A stretch of DNA of 64,000 nucleotides, from the NCBI RefSeq assembly GCF_006345805.1, contig NC_043009.1:12896001-12960000 (forward strand), read 5' to 3'. The position numbers were made by a program, and so were the translations under genes. Origin of the DNA: Octopus sinensis (taxonomy: Eukaryota). Below are positions 52,600 through 64,000 of the stretch, piece by piece. The notes under the pieces are model-generated. The model saw nothing but the letters and a program-made list of their open reading frames with translations, was not told the DNA's origin and searched no databases. Positions within the stretch are counted from its first letter, which is position 1. Each line of letters opens with the position of its first letter.

Positions 52600-53430
52600 C
52601 ACAGTTACGATTACCTGTGGAACAATCAGAAATGTGTCCACGAAAACATCAAATAGAAATATTTTATGATGAGGAAAGGTCAATTTGTCAGAAAAAACAA
52701 AAACAAAAGATCATTAAATCAGATCTAAAAGGCTCTTAACAAAACTGAATAATCTAGGAGAAGAAAATTTGTTTTGGTTTTTCTCAAACGTGAAAAGCTT
52801 CGAACAAGATCAAAAAGTTAACGGAATAAATGACAGGTGGTTACGTGCGGAATCTTCTGAAGTTCCAAGTGTTATGCATACAAAATGTCCTGCAGCTGTC
52901 ATGGTTTTAGGGGTTTTCTTTTCACAAGGCCTTACAGTTAACTACACTGAGGTCCTGGAAATAATTGTTGAGCCCTGGATAGACAGTGTATGCAATGGAA
53001 GGCCATATGTGTTTTAGTAAGATTCTGCACTATCACACAGGATTGGATGGTTGAAAATGTTTATGATCACATAACTCCTAATATTTGGCCTTCTAATTCC
53101 CCAGAGCTCAATTCATTGAACCATTACATGTGCAGCGTTGTTGAAAAAGAGAGGTCAATGAACACGCCCATATCACCAAAGATTCTTTGAAAGCTGCCAT
53201 TATCAGAATAATGTCCAAAATGAACCAGAACCCCGTGACTCGAGCATGTAAATGATTTAGATCTCATATAGAAGCAGTTGTTGAAGCTGAAGGTGGCTGT
53301 ATTGAATAACGTTATAGAAAGGAAAGTTTATTTTTTTATCCTCATAGCATTTTTTAATAAATAAAGTTATCTGTTATTATATATCTGTGTTTTTATAAAC
53401 ACAAATCTGTCCTCAGATACCTTATGCAAG
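52600..53430 (+). mobile_element. Decayed Tc1/mariner-superfamily transposase, maT (DD37D)-like
   Basis: TKCPAAVMVLGV, PWIDSVCNGRPYVF*, WPSNSPELNSLNHYMC and VEAEGGCIE* with stops and frameshifts. Confidence 0.78.
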
Positions 53431-53509
53431 ATAATATGAATAATAATATATCTGGAATATATAATATCAATAAATATGTATATATAACACATATGTTTAT
53501 ATATGTGTA

Positions 53510-53544
<35 letters not shown>

Positions 53545-53603
53545 GTATGTATATATATACATCTCTCTCTCTCTCTCTTTCCTCTCTCTCTCTCTCTCTC
53601 TAA

Positions 53604-53635
<32 letters not shown>

Positions 53636-53636
53636 T

Positions 53637-53669
<33 letters not shown>

Positions 53670-54774
53670 TAATATTAATATTGATATATACACTCATATA
53701 TTCACTAAAACACTGAAGTTATATCATTCAGCGATACTACACTCTCATAGCATATTGAAATTAACCTATATCATATATGATATCCGATGCAACATTAATT
53801 AAAATTACTTCAATGTTTCCAGAGGCGGAAAAAAAGACAGAAAGTCCACGATTATCATGTAATATTTTACCCATCAAGAGAATTTTTGATATTTTCTTAT
53901 AAAATAAATTAAAAACATTTCAACTTTACAAAAGTAGCTGCCAATGTAATTCGTTTCCGCCATTTCTCACGTGCATGATTAAAATATGATTTGAATACTG
54001 ATTATTTTTTTTTAATCACGGATCTGCTTTGGATTATGCCTTCGCATTGTTTCTTCGATTCTTTTGTTGTATTGAAATATAACCACCTTAAGTCCGTAAA
54101 GTATATTCACATAAAGAGCATTATTAATTTACTATGATGTTTACGAAGTCACATGAAAAAATTGAATTTATAATTTTGATTAAGATTTAAAAAATTTTCT
54201 TCATTAAAAATATTGATTTCATCCCAATAGATAAAAAAAAAAAATATTTGATTTAGGTAATGGAAAGACAGTTAAATGTGACGTTCAAGGCCTTCCTAGG
54301 ATAATGATAACAGCTGAAGTGAAAAAATATTGTTTTAAAACAAATAGGATCTGCTTTTAAATTTAGCACAAATTTCTTACACTACAGTGCTTGACACATA
54401 CATACGTATAAGGATGCACAGATACATGCATGCTTACATATACACATACATTCATATATCCACAAATAGAAACATGTGTGTATAGTCACATACACATACG
54501 CATATTTTTCATCATCTCGGTGGTTAATTCTTTCGTATACCTAACAATTACACTAATTCTCAAAATTACTGATAGAGACTGAATTGCTTAATTTTTACAT
54601 TCAATAAACATGTTTGAGCAACATCAGTGATGAAGCAAATCTCCATTTGGTAGATATACATTCCTATGAGCAATAAACTCATTTTTATGTAGCAGATGGG
54701 ACTACGAATAGACGATTCCATTCTGTAGAGGGTATCTGCATTGTCAACGATACTGCGCTTTGTTAGCATCCAAA

Positions 54775-55150
54775 ACTCTTTTACTCTTTTATTTGTTTCA
54801 GTCATTTGGCTGCGGCCATGCTGGAACACCGCATTTTAGTCGAACAATTCGACCCCAGGACTTATTCTTTGTAAGCCTAGTACTTATTCTATCGGCTCCA
54901 TTTGGCGAACCGCTAAGTTACGGGGACGTAAACGCACCAGCATCGGTTGTCAAGCGATGGTGGGAGGAGAAACACAGACATCGTATATGTATATATATGA
55001 CGGCTTCTTTCGGTTTCCGTCTACCAAATCTACTCACACGGCTTTGGTTGGTCCGAGGCGATAGTAGAAGATACTTGCCCAAGGTGCCACGCAGTGAGTT
55101 TGAACCCGGAACCGTGTGGTTGGGAAGGCAGTTTCTTATCACACAGCCAA
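54775..55150 (-). mobile_element. SINE family B
   Basis: Reverse complement of 12617. Confidence 0.85.
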
Positions 55151-56766
55151 GCCTGAGCCTAGTCACACCTGCACATTTATTTTCTTACCATCAAAACTGT
55201 TTATCAACAACTGACAACTGAGCGTGCACCAGAGCGAATTGGTGTGCATTTCATGAGTAAGATTTCACCGCCTGCAAGTATTGTAAGGCAGCGAAACATG
55301 TAACAGCCGATATGCATAGACCGAGGAAGTATGCCTCCTCATATAACATATATACAGATTTCTGTCACTAGCATCTTTTACAAATCAAGAGACGTCTCCC
55401 TAGGGATCAAATATAAACAGCATAAAGGACATAATGTCTCAAAATATTTGTTTTGTTTAGTATATAGTCTGAACTATACTTTTAATTGTTGTCTATAGTC
55501 GAGTAACTCGGATTCAGCGCTCGCTTAGTATTTGTATTATCATATCTAGAAAGCTGAAAGGCACAGATGACCTCAACAGCGTTTGAACCGAGAACACAAG
55601 GGAATATATCTAAATAATACAAAGCTTTTTCTCAGACGCTCTTCAGATATTATGAATATACCCACCCACTGTGTCTAGAGATATTAAAACAAATGAAATT
55701 ACCGAAATTTGATATCGTAAAAATATAAAACAAACATCAAACTATTATCTGCTTCGAGCATTCACCATTGATCGTTTCGGTGTATGATTTGTTTAATTAA
55801 TCAGATTCTTTGTTAATTTCATTAACTTTTATATTGTTAATTATCAAAAATATTGATTTCGGCAAATTGCTACTAGCCACAACTTTTGTTTTGTCAGGTA
55901 AAAGCCATTAAACCACCGCAAAATACTAAGCACTTGGCTACCATATATTTTATTGTTCCCTTAATTATGAAAGGCCATGTCAAAGTTTCATTAGAACTCA
56001 AAATATAAGAGGGCGTATCCAAACATTGTAGGGCAGTTGTTCTGGCATTCTATTGATATTGTCGTAATTATTATAGTTACTAAGGTTTTGGAGCAGAACG
56101 CAGGATAGAATACATTAAAACACACTGTTTCCTTTGAATATAATTAGAAATTCTACCAGCATCAAGTTGAACACCGGCGTCGACTTAGCTATTTTTGGGG
56201 AAGAGTATAAAAACTGCAACCGTCTGCCAAGCCATATCTAGCCAATGTGGCAAAGTAGGCTCATCAAACCAGTATGATCTCAAGCTCAAATGCACGACTA
56301 CTACATCGTACAGTGGTTGGTGGAGAGAACATGGAGAGACATTCGTCTTGAAGTGGACTAAATATAGGCAATCCAGTCCAATCCAATCTAATCCAATAAA
56401 TAATAAATTTTGATCCGACTCTCAGTCTGTGTCTATAATCTAAAAAAACTCTTTTCTCTCTTTTTTTTTAGCAATCAAATCTTCGATATTCTAATATTCT
56501 TTAAAATATCTACAAGTAGTATTTGCCTCAAGATTCTCCAAATATGTAATCATTTCCATTTTTAGAAAAAGTCTGAGACAAATTTCTAACCATTGTACAA
56601 GAATATTAGACGAATTGCGTAACCGGTTTTGCTGAGCGTTGCACAAGCGGAAGAATATGTATGATAAATCGCAGTAGTTACCTTCTGTTATCACCTTTAT
56701 AACCTATGTACACACACACACACACACATATATATATACATATATGTATATAATATATAATATATA

Positions 56767-56809
<43 letters not shown>

Positions 56810-56899
56810 CACACACATGTACATATATATATGTGTGTATATATATATATGCATATGTGTAAGTATATATATGTATATACATGTATCTCTCTCCCCCCC

Positions 56900-56957
<58 letters not shown>

Positions 56958-57384
56958 ATGGGTGTATGTATATATATATATTATATATATATAATATATA
57001 TATTATATATATATATATATATAATATATATATTATATATATATACAGAAACAATAATATGATTTTCCATTTGTAAGATACTTCGTAATTAGTTCGGGGA
57101 ATGTGCTTCCTGATCAGAGTATGTTTATTTGTTCAAGGTTATGTATCGAGTCGTTCACATCAGCGTAAATGGTTTTCAGCTTTCATGCTTCCGTGCAATA
57201 TGTTTTGCCCGTCATTGCTATAACCGCCTTGCTCCTGCCTGCCTGAGTTATTTCTGTCACCGAGATTTACACATACTGATATATAGTAGAGTCAATCGGG
57301 GAATTTTACTGCAAGCTCTATCCTAGTTGTTCTCAGACAGTGCGTCGCAAGGAGTATTCGAGTTGTAATATATATATATTAGTA

Positions 57385-57795
57385 TAACACCTACGCAAAT
57401 TCCATAAACAAACCTTTCAATAGAAATATTCTCCTGAATTGAACTGCAACTGACCATTCAAAATACGACAATCAAAACACTCCCAAATTTTTCCACCCCT
57501 TCTCCTCATCATCCTTCTTCTTCTTCTTCTTCTTCTACCCTACCAAGAATTCACAACGACCTGACCTCGAACACACAAGTGCAAACAAGAGAGACAGAGA
57601 AAGGCAGAAGCAAGGAAAATGCCACTTATATTTGAACACTATACAAATATTCCTTTAAAAAAACTTTTCTTTTAATTTTTCTAAATTTAATTATTTAATC
57701 GTTACAGTTGAAAAGGTCTCAAAATGACCGAAACCGGTACTGAAATGTTCTTTATAAAATTAGTTTAGCATTTTCTATCCTGACTTGTTTTTACA
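57385..57795 (+). mobile_element. Penelope-like element 3' remnant with hammerhead
   Basis: KQTFQ*KYSPELN* at ~57406-57453 resembles the GIY-YIG C-terminal P.LN motif. A UTR and a hammerhead follow, and the element is TA-flanked. Confidence 0.55.
57705..57742 (+). ncRNA. Minimal type I hammerhead, U3:A8 variant
   Basis: cag-TTGAAAA-ggtc(tcaaaat)gacc-GAAA-ccgg-TA-ctg. Confidence 0.75.
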
Positions 57796-58121
57796 TATAT
57801 ATATATATTAGTGAAAACATTAGAAAATTTCATTCTAATGCTTGAGCGTCTCGTTAAACGTTATTATTAGCTATTTTGTTAGACATAAGAAAGATTAATA
57901 AAACAAAATGAATAATGTTTCAATATTCTGTTGTCTCTGGGGATTGTTTGCTTATTCCATTTGCCAATCAGTCAATCAGTCTGGTTCATCGAAGTCATTT
58001 TGTCGCCATTCGTGACCTCATCAATAACGTCCCTCATCTCTACTCCTGGTCTGCTCCAGGCTTGTCTGTTTCTGAGTTTACGGGATGTACACTTTTATTT
58101 ATACGAATGTCAATGAGAATG

Positions 58122-58159
<38 letters not shown>

Positions 58160-58231
58160 AGTGCATGCGCACACTGGTATGTGTATGTGTGTGTTTAGTT
58201 AGTGTGTGTGCTTGCGTGTGAGTATATGCAT

Positions 58232-58268
<37 letters not shown>

Positions 58269-59454
58269 TGTGCTATTAATTTGGAAATAACGGCCCTCTC
58301 GAGAAACAATATGTTTCAACAACTAGTTCACATTAATAATCTTACAAGCCAAATGCAGAAAAAGCAACAACAAAAACAGGAAAAAAATAGTTTACTCCAT
58401 TTTGTTTAAATTTCGAATTTTAAGAGCGGTTTTGTTTAAACTTTAGAATCAGAATTGCATATTTTTTCTCCTCATTTCTTTGGTATTCCGGTGATTTCTA
58501 TTTGTCTCTGCTACACCACAAATTAAAGCAACGTACAAATCATTGCACTACTGCCTCAACAAATAGGACATAATATACAATATACTCCTTGATAAATAAA
58601 AAAAAAGGGTCGATCATGGCAGACATGCCATTGGTCGTAGTTTGATCACTAAAAACTAAATTGAGGCAAAACGGAAGATCAACAAGAGCGCAGTAATAAA
58701 ATTGGGTAGGAAGCAAAATACAATATTTTCACACTTTCGCGTAGCATCTCACTATTTCATGCAATTAACTTATGTATAACAGAGTGTAAAGTGTTGCTCA
58801 CTTACCTAGAATATCTGCTTGTTGACTGAGGGTGCCAAGTGGTTGAATAAGCCACGCACATGCGGGCACCTTTGACGTAATTCTCAGTTAGATCTATGTG
58901 ATGTATATTTGATAAAGCTGGACCTTCGAATTACAGGTTCAGCCTATCCACTATACAGTTTTCGTCTAGCCAAGTTCACTCATAAGGCCTGGATGGTCGA
59001 ATTAAGGCAACAGATGCCAAATAGTGAGATGAAACTCGAGACTTCATGGTTGCAAAATGAACTTTTTATCCACTCAGTCGTGACAGCATCTAATTAATAT
59101 TCTACTTGGTAAGGTGAAATCATGTCTGAATGACTGGAGTGTTGCCTTTGATTAACCTTCGCCATTTTGTCTGCCTATCTATTAACTGAACATCTGCAAG
59201 ATCAATACTATCATGAACCACATAAAAAATAAAAACAATTGTAAAAGCAACAATGGTTTTTCACATAACAAACGCTTTTCATTTTTCTTTTAAAGTCTTA
59301 CCTGGTGTTTAAGCGCGTTGTTGCCATGTTCAAAATTTTCTCGACACTTTTCGCAGCATCTAGGAATTAAAATTTTGATTCAGACAGAATATGCTATGAA
59401 TATAGACTTAAACAACAACAACAGCAGTTACTACTATAATTACTGCTACTGCTG

Positions 59455-59820
59455 CTGTTGCTGTTGTTGCTGTTGAGCGAAGCGGTCTTCGTCCCAGAGC
59501 TCGCAAGCTCGCGCCTCTGTAGTGGGAGAATTCCGAATCGTGGTCCTTTGCTATTCGTAAGACACGCAGAAGAGAAAGCAGGTCAACCCCCGACACCGAG
59601 AGCATCGACGGATGGATGAATGCGCATCCAGGCTCAGCGGTTGCGTAGGAAGGCAGAGGTCCTCCCCTCCACGCCACCAGTGTTATCCAAGGAAAAGGCA
59701 AAGGGGCCAATACAGCTTGGTACTTGTGACGTTGCAACTCATTTCCACAGCTGAGTGAACTGGAGTAACGTGAAATTAAGTGTCTAGCTCAAGAACACAA
59801 CACGCAGCCCGGTCCGGGAT
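59455..59820 (-). mobile_element. Chimeric SINE: family C body plus the tail d of family A
   Basis: 59660-59820 matches 3175-3330; 59470-59652 matches 27027-27185. Confidence 0.85.
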
Positions 59821-59960
59821 ATAGCTAATGGAAATATTACATCGGTAATATACAAATCGGAGTTTGCTGTTTTAATCTCAGCCTGCTTTTCTTAGTATCC
59901 CTTCTGCTTCTAGCAGAAAATCTCAAGAAGAGATAGAGAAGTAACGTATACTAAACATTG

Positions 59961-60445
59961 AGCGAGTTGCCACATCAAAGTGGCAGCTGAATGTTACTAC
60001 TAGTTTAACCCCAGGCAGATTCTCCGCCAGCTGGTTTTTGATGCAACGCCCTGCATACTTTATATACAATGTATCTCTAGCAGGGGAAGCGAACCCCTGC
60101 CTACCACCATCAGCTACAGGATTACGGGACTGGCCCAGTTTGTTACTACTAGTTTAACCCCGGGCAGATTCCTGAGATTTCATAACTAGAAGCTTTGTTG
60201 TTGCAAATCAATGACCGATGGTCACTTTGTTTACAATATATTGTTAGCAGAGGCAAATCTTAGCCATTACTCCCTTGCGCAGGTGCGGGCGGCTGACGAA
60301 AAGCCAACTAGCTCGAAACTGGGCCAGTCCCGTGGTCCTGTTCGCTGATTGAGGTTTGTAGGGGTTCGCTTCTCCTGCTAGCGATATCTGCCTTGGGTTA
60401 AACTAGTAGCAACCTTTACCTGCCACTTTGATGTGACACTTCGCT
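59961..60445. mobile_element. Nested fold-back element containing a hammerhead
   Basis: Outer arms 59961-60020 / 60385-60445; inner arms ~60077-60141 / 60316-60381. Confidence 0.8.
60289..60333 (+). ncRNA. Type I hammerhead
   Basis: gcgg-CTGACGA-aaagc(caacta)gctc-GAAA-ctgggccag-TC-ccgt. Confidence 0.72.
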
Positions 60446-60706
60446 GTTTACTACTGCTTCTGTTTTATGGTAATACTGCTGGAATATCAAGCATTTGCTA
60501 CGGTGCATTCCATGTGAATGTAAGGGTAAATGAGGCTGCATGCTTTGAAGTTGAAAATTAAAAAGATGAACAAAATATAGTGATGGAAAGCTAAACTGTT
60601 TCTACGAATGTTATGCAATCTTTGAGAGACTGAATGAAATATATTTTGATACATGTCACGAACCCTGATTATTATGAGAGAGTTTCTGATAGGCATATCT
60701 CCATTG

Positions 60707-61017
60707 GTGGAAGCGCAATGGCCCAGTGGTTAGGGCAGCGGACTCGCGGTTTCGATTCCCAGATCGGGCGTTGTTTTGTTTTTTATCGAGCGAAAACACC
60801 TAAAGCTCCACGAGGCTCTGGCAGGGGGTGGGGGGTGGCGACCCCTGTTGTACTCTTTCGCCACAACTTTCTCTCAGTCTCTCTTCCTGTTTCTTGAGTA
60901 ACGCTGCGATGGATTGGCGTTCCGTCCAGCTGGGGGGAACACATACGCCACAGAAACCGGGAAACCGGGCCCATGAGCCTGGCTAGGCTTGTAAAGGGCA
61001 CATAAAAAAAATAAATG
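60707..61017 (+). mobile_element. SINE family A, tail type b, with 12-bp TSD
   Basis: TSD atatctccattg at 60695-60706 and 61018-61029. Confidence 0.9.
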
Positions 61018-62183
61018 ATATCTCCATTGACTCAATGTATGATATACTATGTATTGTATTAACGCATCAAAAAATATCTAGGTATGTGAGTGCTGGTAAA
61101 AAGTTTTCACAGAACGATAAGGAAGCATACATAATAATGCATGTCATAAGGATGTATACAAAAGTGCATGTTGCTTCATGCTTTTAATTGTTCTTTGATA
61201 TACGTTATCTACAGTTATTATAGATTTTGCTGTTGGCAGTGGTGTAGATTCTTTGAAAATACATATGATTTACAGTATAATTATTAGAAATATATTGGTT
61301 CCATCAAATATAATGTATTCTAATCGATACACCAAATTGACTGCGAAGCTATCAAAAGAAATAATTATTGTAACACAATTAGGCAATTCTTTTAGGGTTT
61401 AATTAGGAAGTTATGGAGCAGCAAGAAATGACTTCATTTCACGGTTGACTGCGGAATTTAATTTCTAGCCATCAGTTTATACGCTTGTTGCGTACAATGA
61501 TTAGTCTTCGCATTAAATGAATCTCTCTCAAGCTTTTTTTCTCCATAAAATTAAATTAAAATTCAAACAAATAATTCCCATATTCCGAAATGAAAACATC
61601 TAAATGACAGATTGCGTTTGATTCACTGCAAGTAACAATCACAACAATTACAAACAACTATAACTACAACCACTGCAACAAATAATTAATGAGAACAATA
61701 TAGATAAACATAAACACAAAAATAAATATAACGATTACTACAAAAGCAACTCATCTCTTGTTAATTGTGTTTGAAACATTTGCATTTGAATAATAGTTAG
61801 CATATCGTTTAAAAACCATTAAAAACTAGTTATCTCCTACATGTCCCATTGATAACGTTTAATACCCCATCATTAGCCACACTTGCCAAATATCTCTACC
61901 ATTATATCCCTAATATATCCGGCAGTAATTATCAGCAACACATTTCAGTCCCCACAAGCAGCAATTCACTTTATTTAGTTTCTAACTCAACATTACTAAC
62001 AATTATTGTTTTATTGGTTTAATCATTTGATTGCAGCATCCATCAGCGGCGACTTGATGTGTTTTAGTCTGCAAATGGTAATGATGGGAGGCAAGGTTGC
62101 CCGAGAGTCATTCAAATTTCATGAAAACTTAAATATGCGGTGCCAGTTCACTTGACGTACACAGATATCTTTTATTCAATGTA

Positions 62184-62388
62184 AAGGCGGCGAGCTGGCA
62201 GAACCGTTAGCACGTCGGGCGAAATACGTAGCTGTATTTCGTCTTTCGTTACTGAGTTCAAATTCTGCCGAGGTCGACTTTGCCTTTCATCCTTTCGAGG
62301 TCGATTAAATAAGTACTAGTTACGATGTAATCGTTTGACTGTCCTTGTTTGTCCCCCCTGTGTTTAGCCCCTTGTGGGTAATAAAGAA
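62184..62388 (+). mobile_element. SINE family D with 23-bp TSD
   Basis: acagatatcttttattcaatgta at 62161-62183 and 62389-62411. Confidence 0.9.
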
Positions 62389-62847
62389 ACAGATATCTTT
62401 TATTCAATGTAGCGAGCGAAGTACTTCAACAGCCACGATAATCCCTAGCCCCAACTGTATCCATTTGATGCCACGCGTAACTAAATATAAGTCAATCAAG
62501 TCCCATTGTGTCCGTGTGCTATTTGTATATTTAACTGGAAAGCAATTGCTGTTGATTATTAACTGAAAAATAAGACGCATTCGGAAAATATTTTAAGTCT
62601 ATAAAATATCGTTGTGAAGTAAATTCTATACAATTATTCGACCTCCTAGAAATAGCAACCGAATTTCCCCAAATCCTCCCTATTATCTTAAAAATGGAAG
62701 GGCACATTGTATAATGGTGTATGATCTATTCTCCATCTGAATAAAAATGGGATAATCAGTGCTGAAACGCAGTAGATCACAGGTATGTTTGATCAGGGCT
62801 AGCAATCAACAATTAGAGATTTACTGTTATACTGTTTGAAAAAAGTT

Positions 62848-63515
62848 CATATAAGTTTGCAAATAGTTACCGTTCCAATATAGTTTTATTCTTATTTTTA
62901 GTAAGATAGCCAATATGTACATACTAGCTATACATGTCAGATAGTATAGATATAACACGCGGAATAATTCTTGAAAGATACCGTTTACTTGAAGAATATA
63001 TAGTTAACTAGGAGTTGATTTATATAATGTAGCGAATCTCTTCCATTTAAAAGTGTTTACTCAACTGAAACTATACTCGTACATTAGATCATATATCATT
63101 AATGCTAATGATAGTTTTTGTCAAAAAGGCAAGGTAGATAATTCTGAAACCCAGACTGATTAAAATAGAGGGGTTTGTGGTTAATGGTTACGCCTTAAGG
63201 AGTGGTTAAGATTGCTAATAAATACAGTGACAACGTTTGGTGTGTTCCGATCTTATTAGACCTCCAAAGCGAAGCATAATCTTACGGCTACGCGCGAGAT
63301 CTTAGAATAACTGCAATGATATTTTGGCATTAAGTGAGGAAGGAAAAAAGAAACTCCTAGTTAACTATATATTCTTCAAGTAAACGGTATCTTTCAAGAA
63401 TTATTCCGCGTGTTATATTTATGCTATCTGACATGTATAGCTAATATGTACATATTGGCTATCTTAAATAAGAATAAAACTATATTGGAACGGTAACTAT
63501 TTGCAAACTTATATG
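62848..63515. mobile_element. Fold-back element, ~165-bp inverted arms, ~335-bp spacer
   Basis: 62848-63016 versus 63352-63515, highly similar with one small indel; no ORF. Confidence 0.85.
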
Positions 63516-64000
63516 TGCAATTTAAAATGATAACGTGAGAAAACTTCCTAAGTTTGCTTTCTGTCTGAAAAAGTTTAGTTAAGTGAGGTTAATATATTGA
63601 GTGTATTCCTCATTACGCTTGTAATTTTAATTTATAAAAACATTTTAAACAAACTGAAGCTAGTAACGAGAATAATAACTAATATAGATGTGGATTGGAC
63701 AACTTTGTAAATGACTGCAGTATAAAGGTTACACTGATGCTGAGTTTCTTAGATTTACTAGAAATTGTTGCTAATTATCCCTAAAGTTACACTGTATAGT
63801 CGTACTGTCTTGAAATAATTTTTTAAATATGCAATTTCAAATTTGGCAATGTAACTCTGGCGCTATTATGTTGGAAAATATATTACGGTCGAAACTCTTT
63901 GATCTTAGATTTATCTGGTCTGTCATGAATGTCCCAGGGCTAAACAATTACAGTAACCACTGTCTCAAGAGATGGACTGATCAGACGTTGAACTATAGAC

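Overview
AT-rich, microsatellite-saturated eukaryotic DNA. The SINE families look like those I recall from Octopus (coleoid cephalopod) genomes; this is recognition, not a search result. No host protein-coding exon can be supported: the window reads as intergenic or intronic, and nearly all listed ORFs are microsatellite or SINE artefacts. It contains dead LINE fragments (CR1, RTE, RTE-X, an internally deleted R4/Dong-type element), a near-complete Tc1 element, mariner and maT remnants, piggyBac and Harbinger-type MITEs, Helitron ends and about 30 tRNA-derived SINE copies. The most notable hidden layer is about a dozen type I hammerhead ribozyme motifs in small ORF-less elements, most embedded in (TA)n tracts. 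These include a 2.25-copy ~467-bp tandem repeat with two intact hammerheads (retrozyme or Penelope pLTR-like, predicted 466-nt monomer), three unrelated elements with a compensatory U3:A8 core, and several long fold-back elements carrying the ribozyme in the loop or the arms. All folds were assigned by eye and none has been tested.
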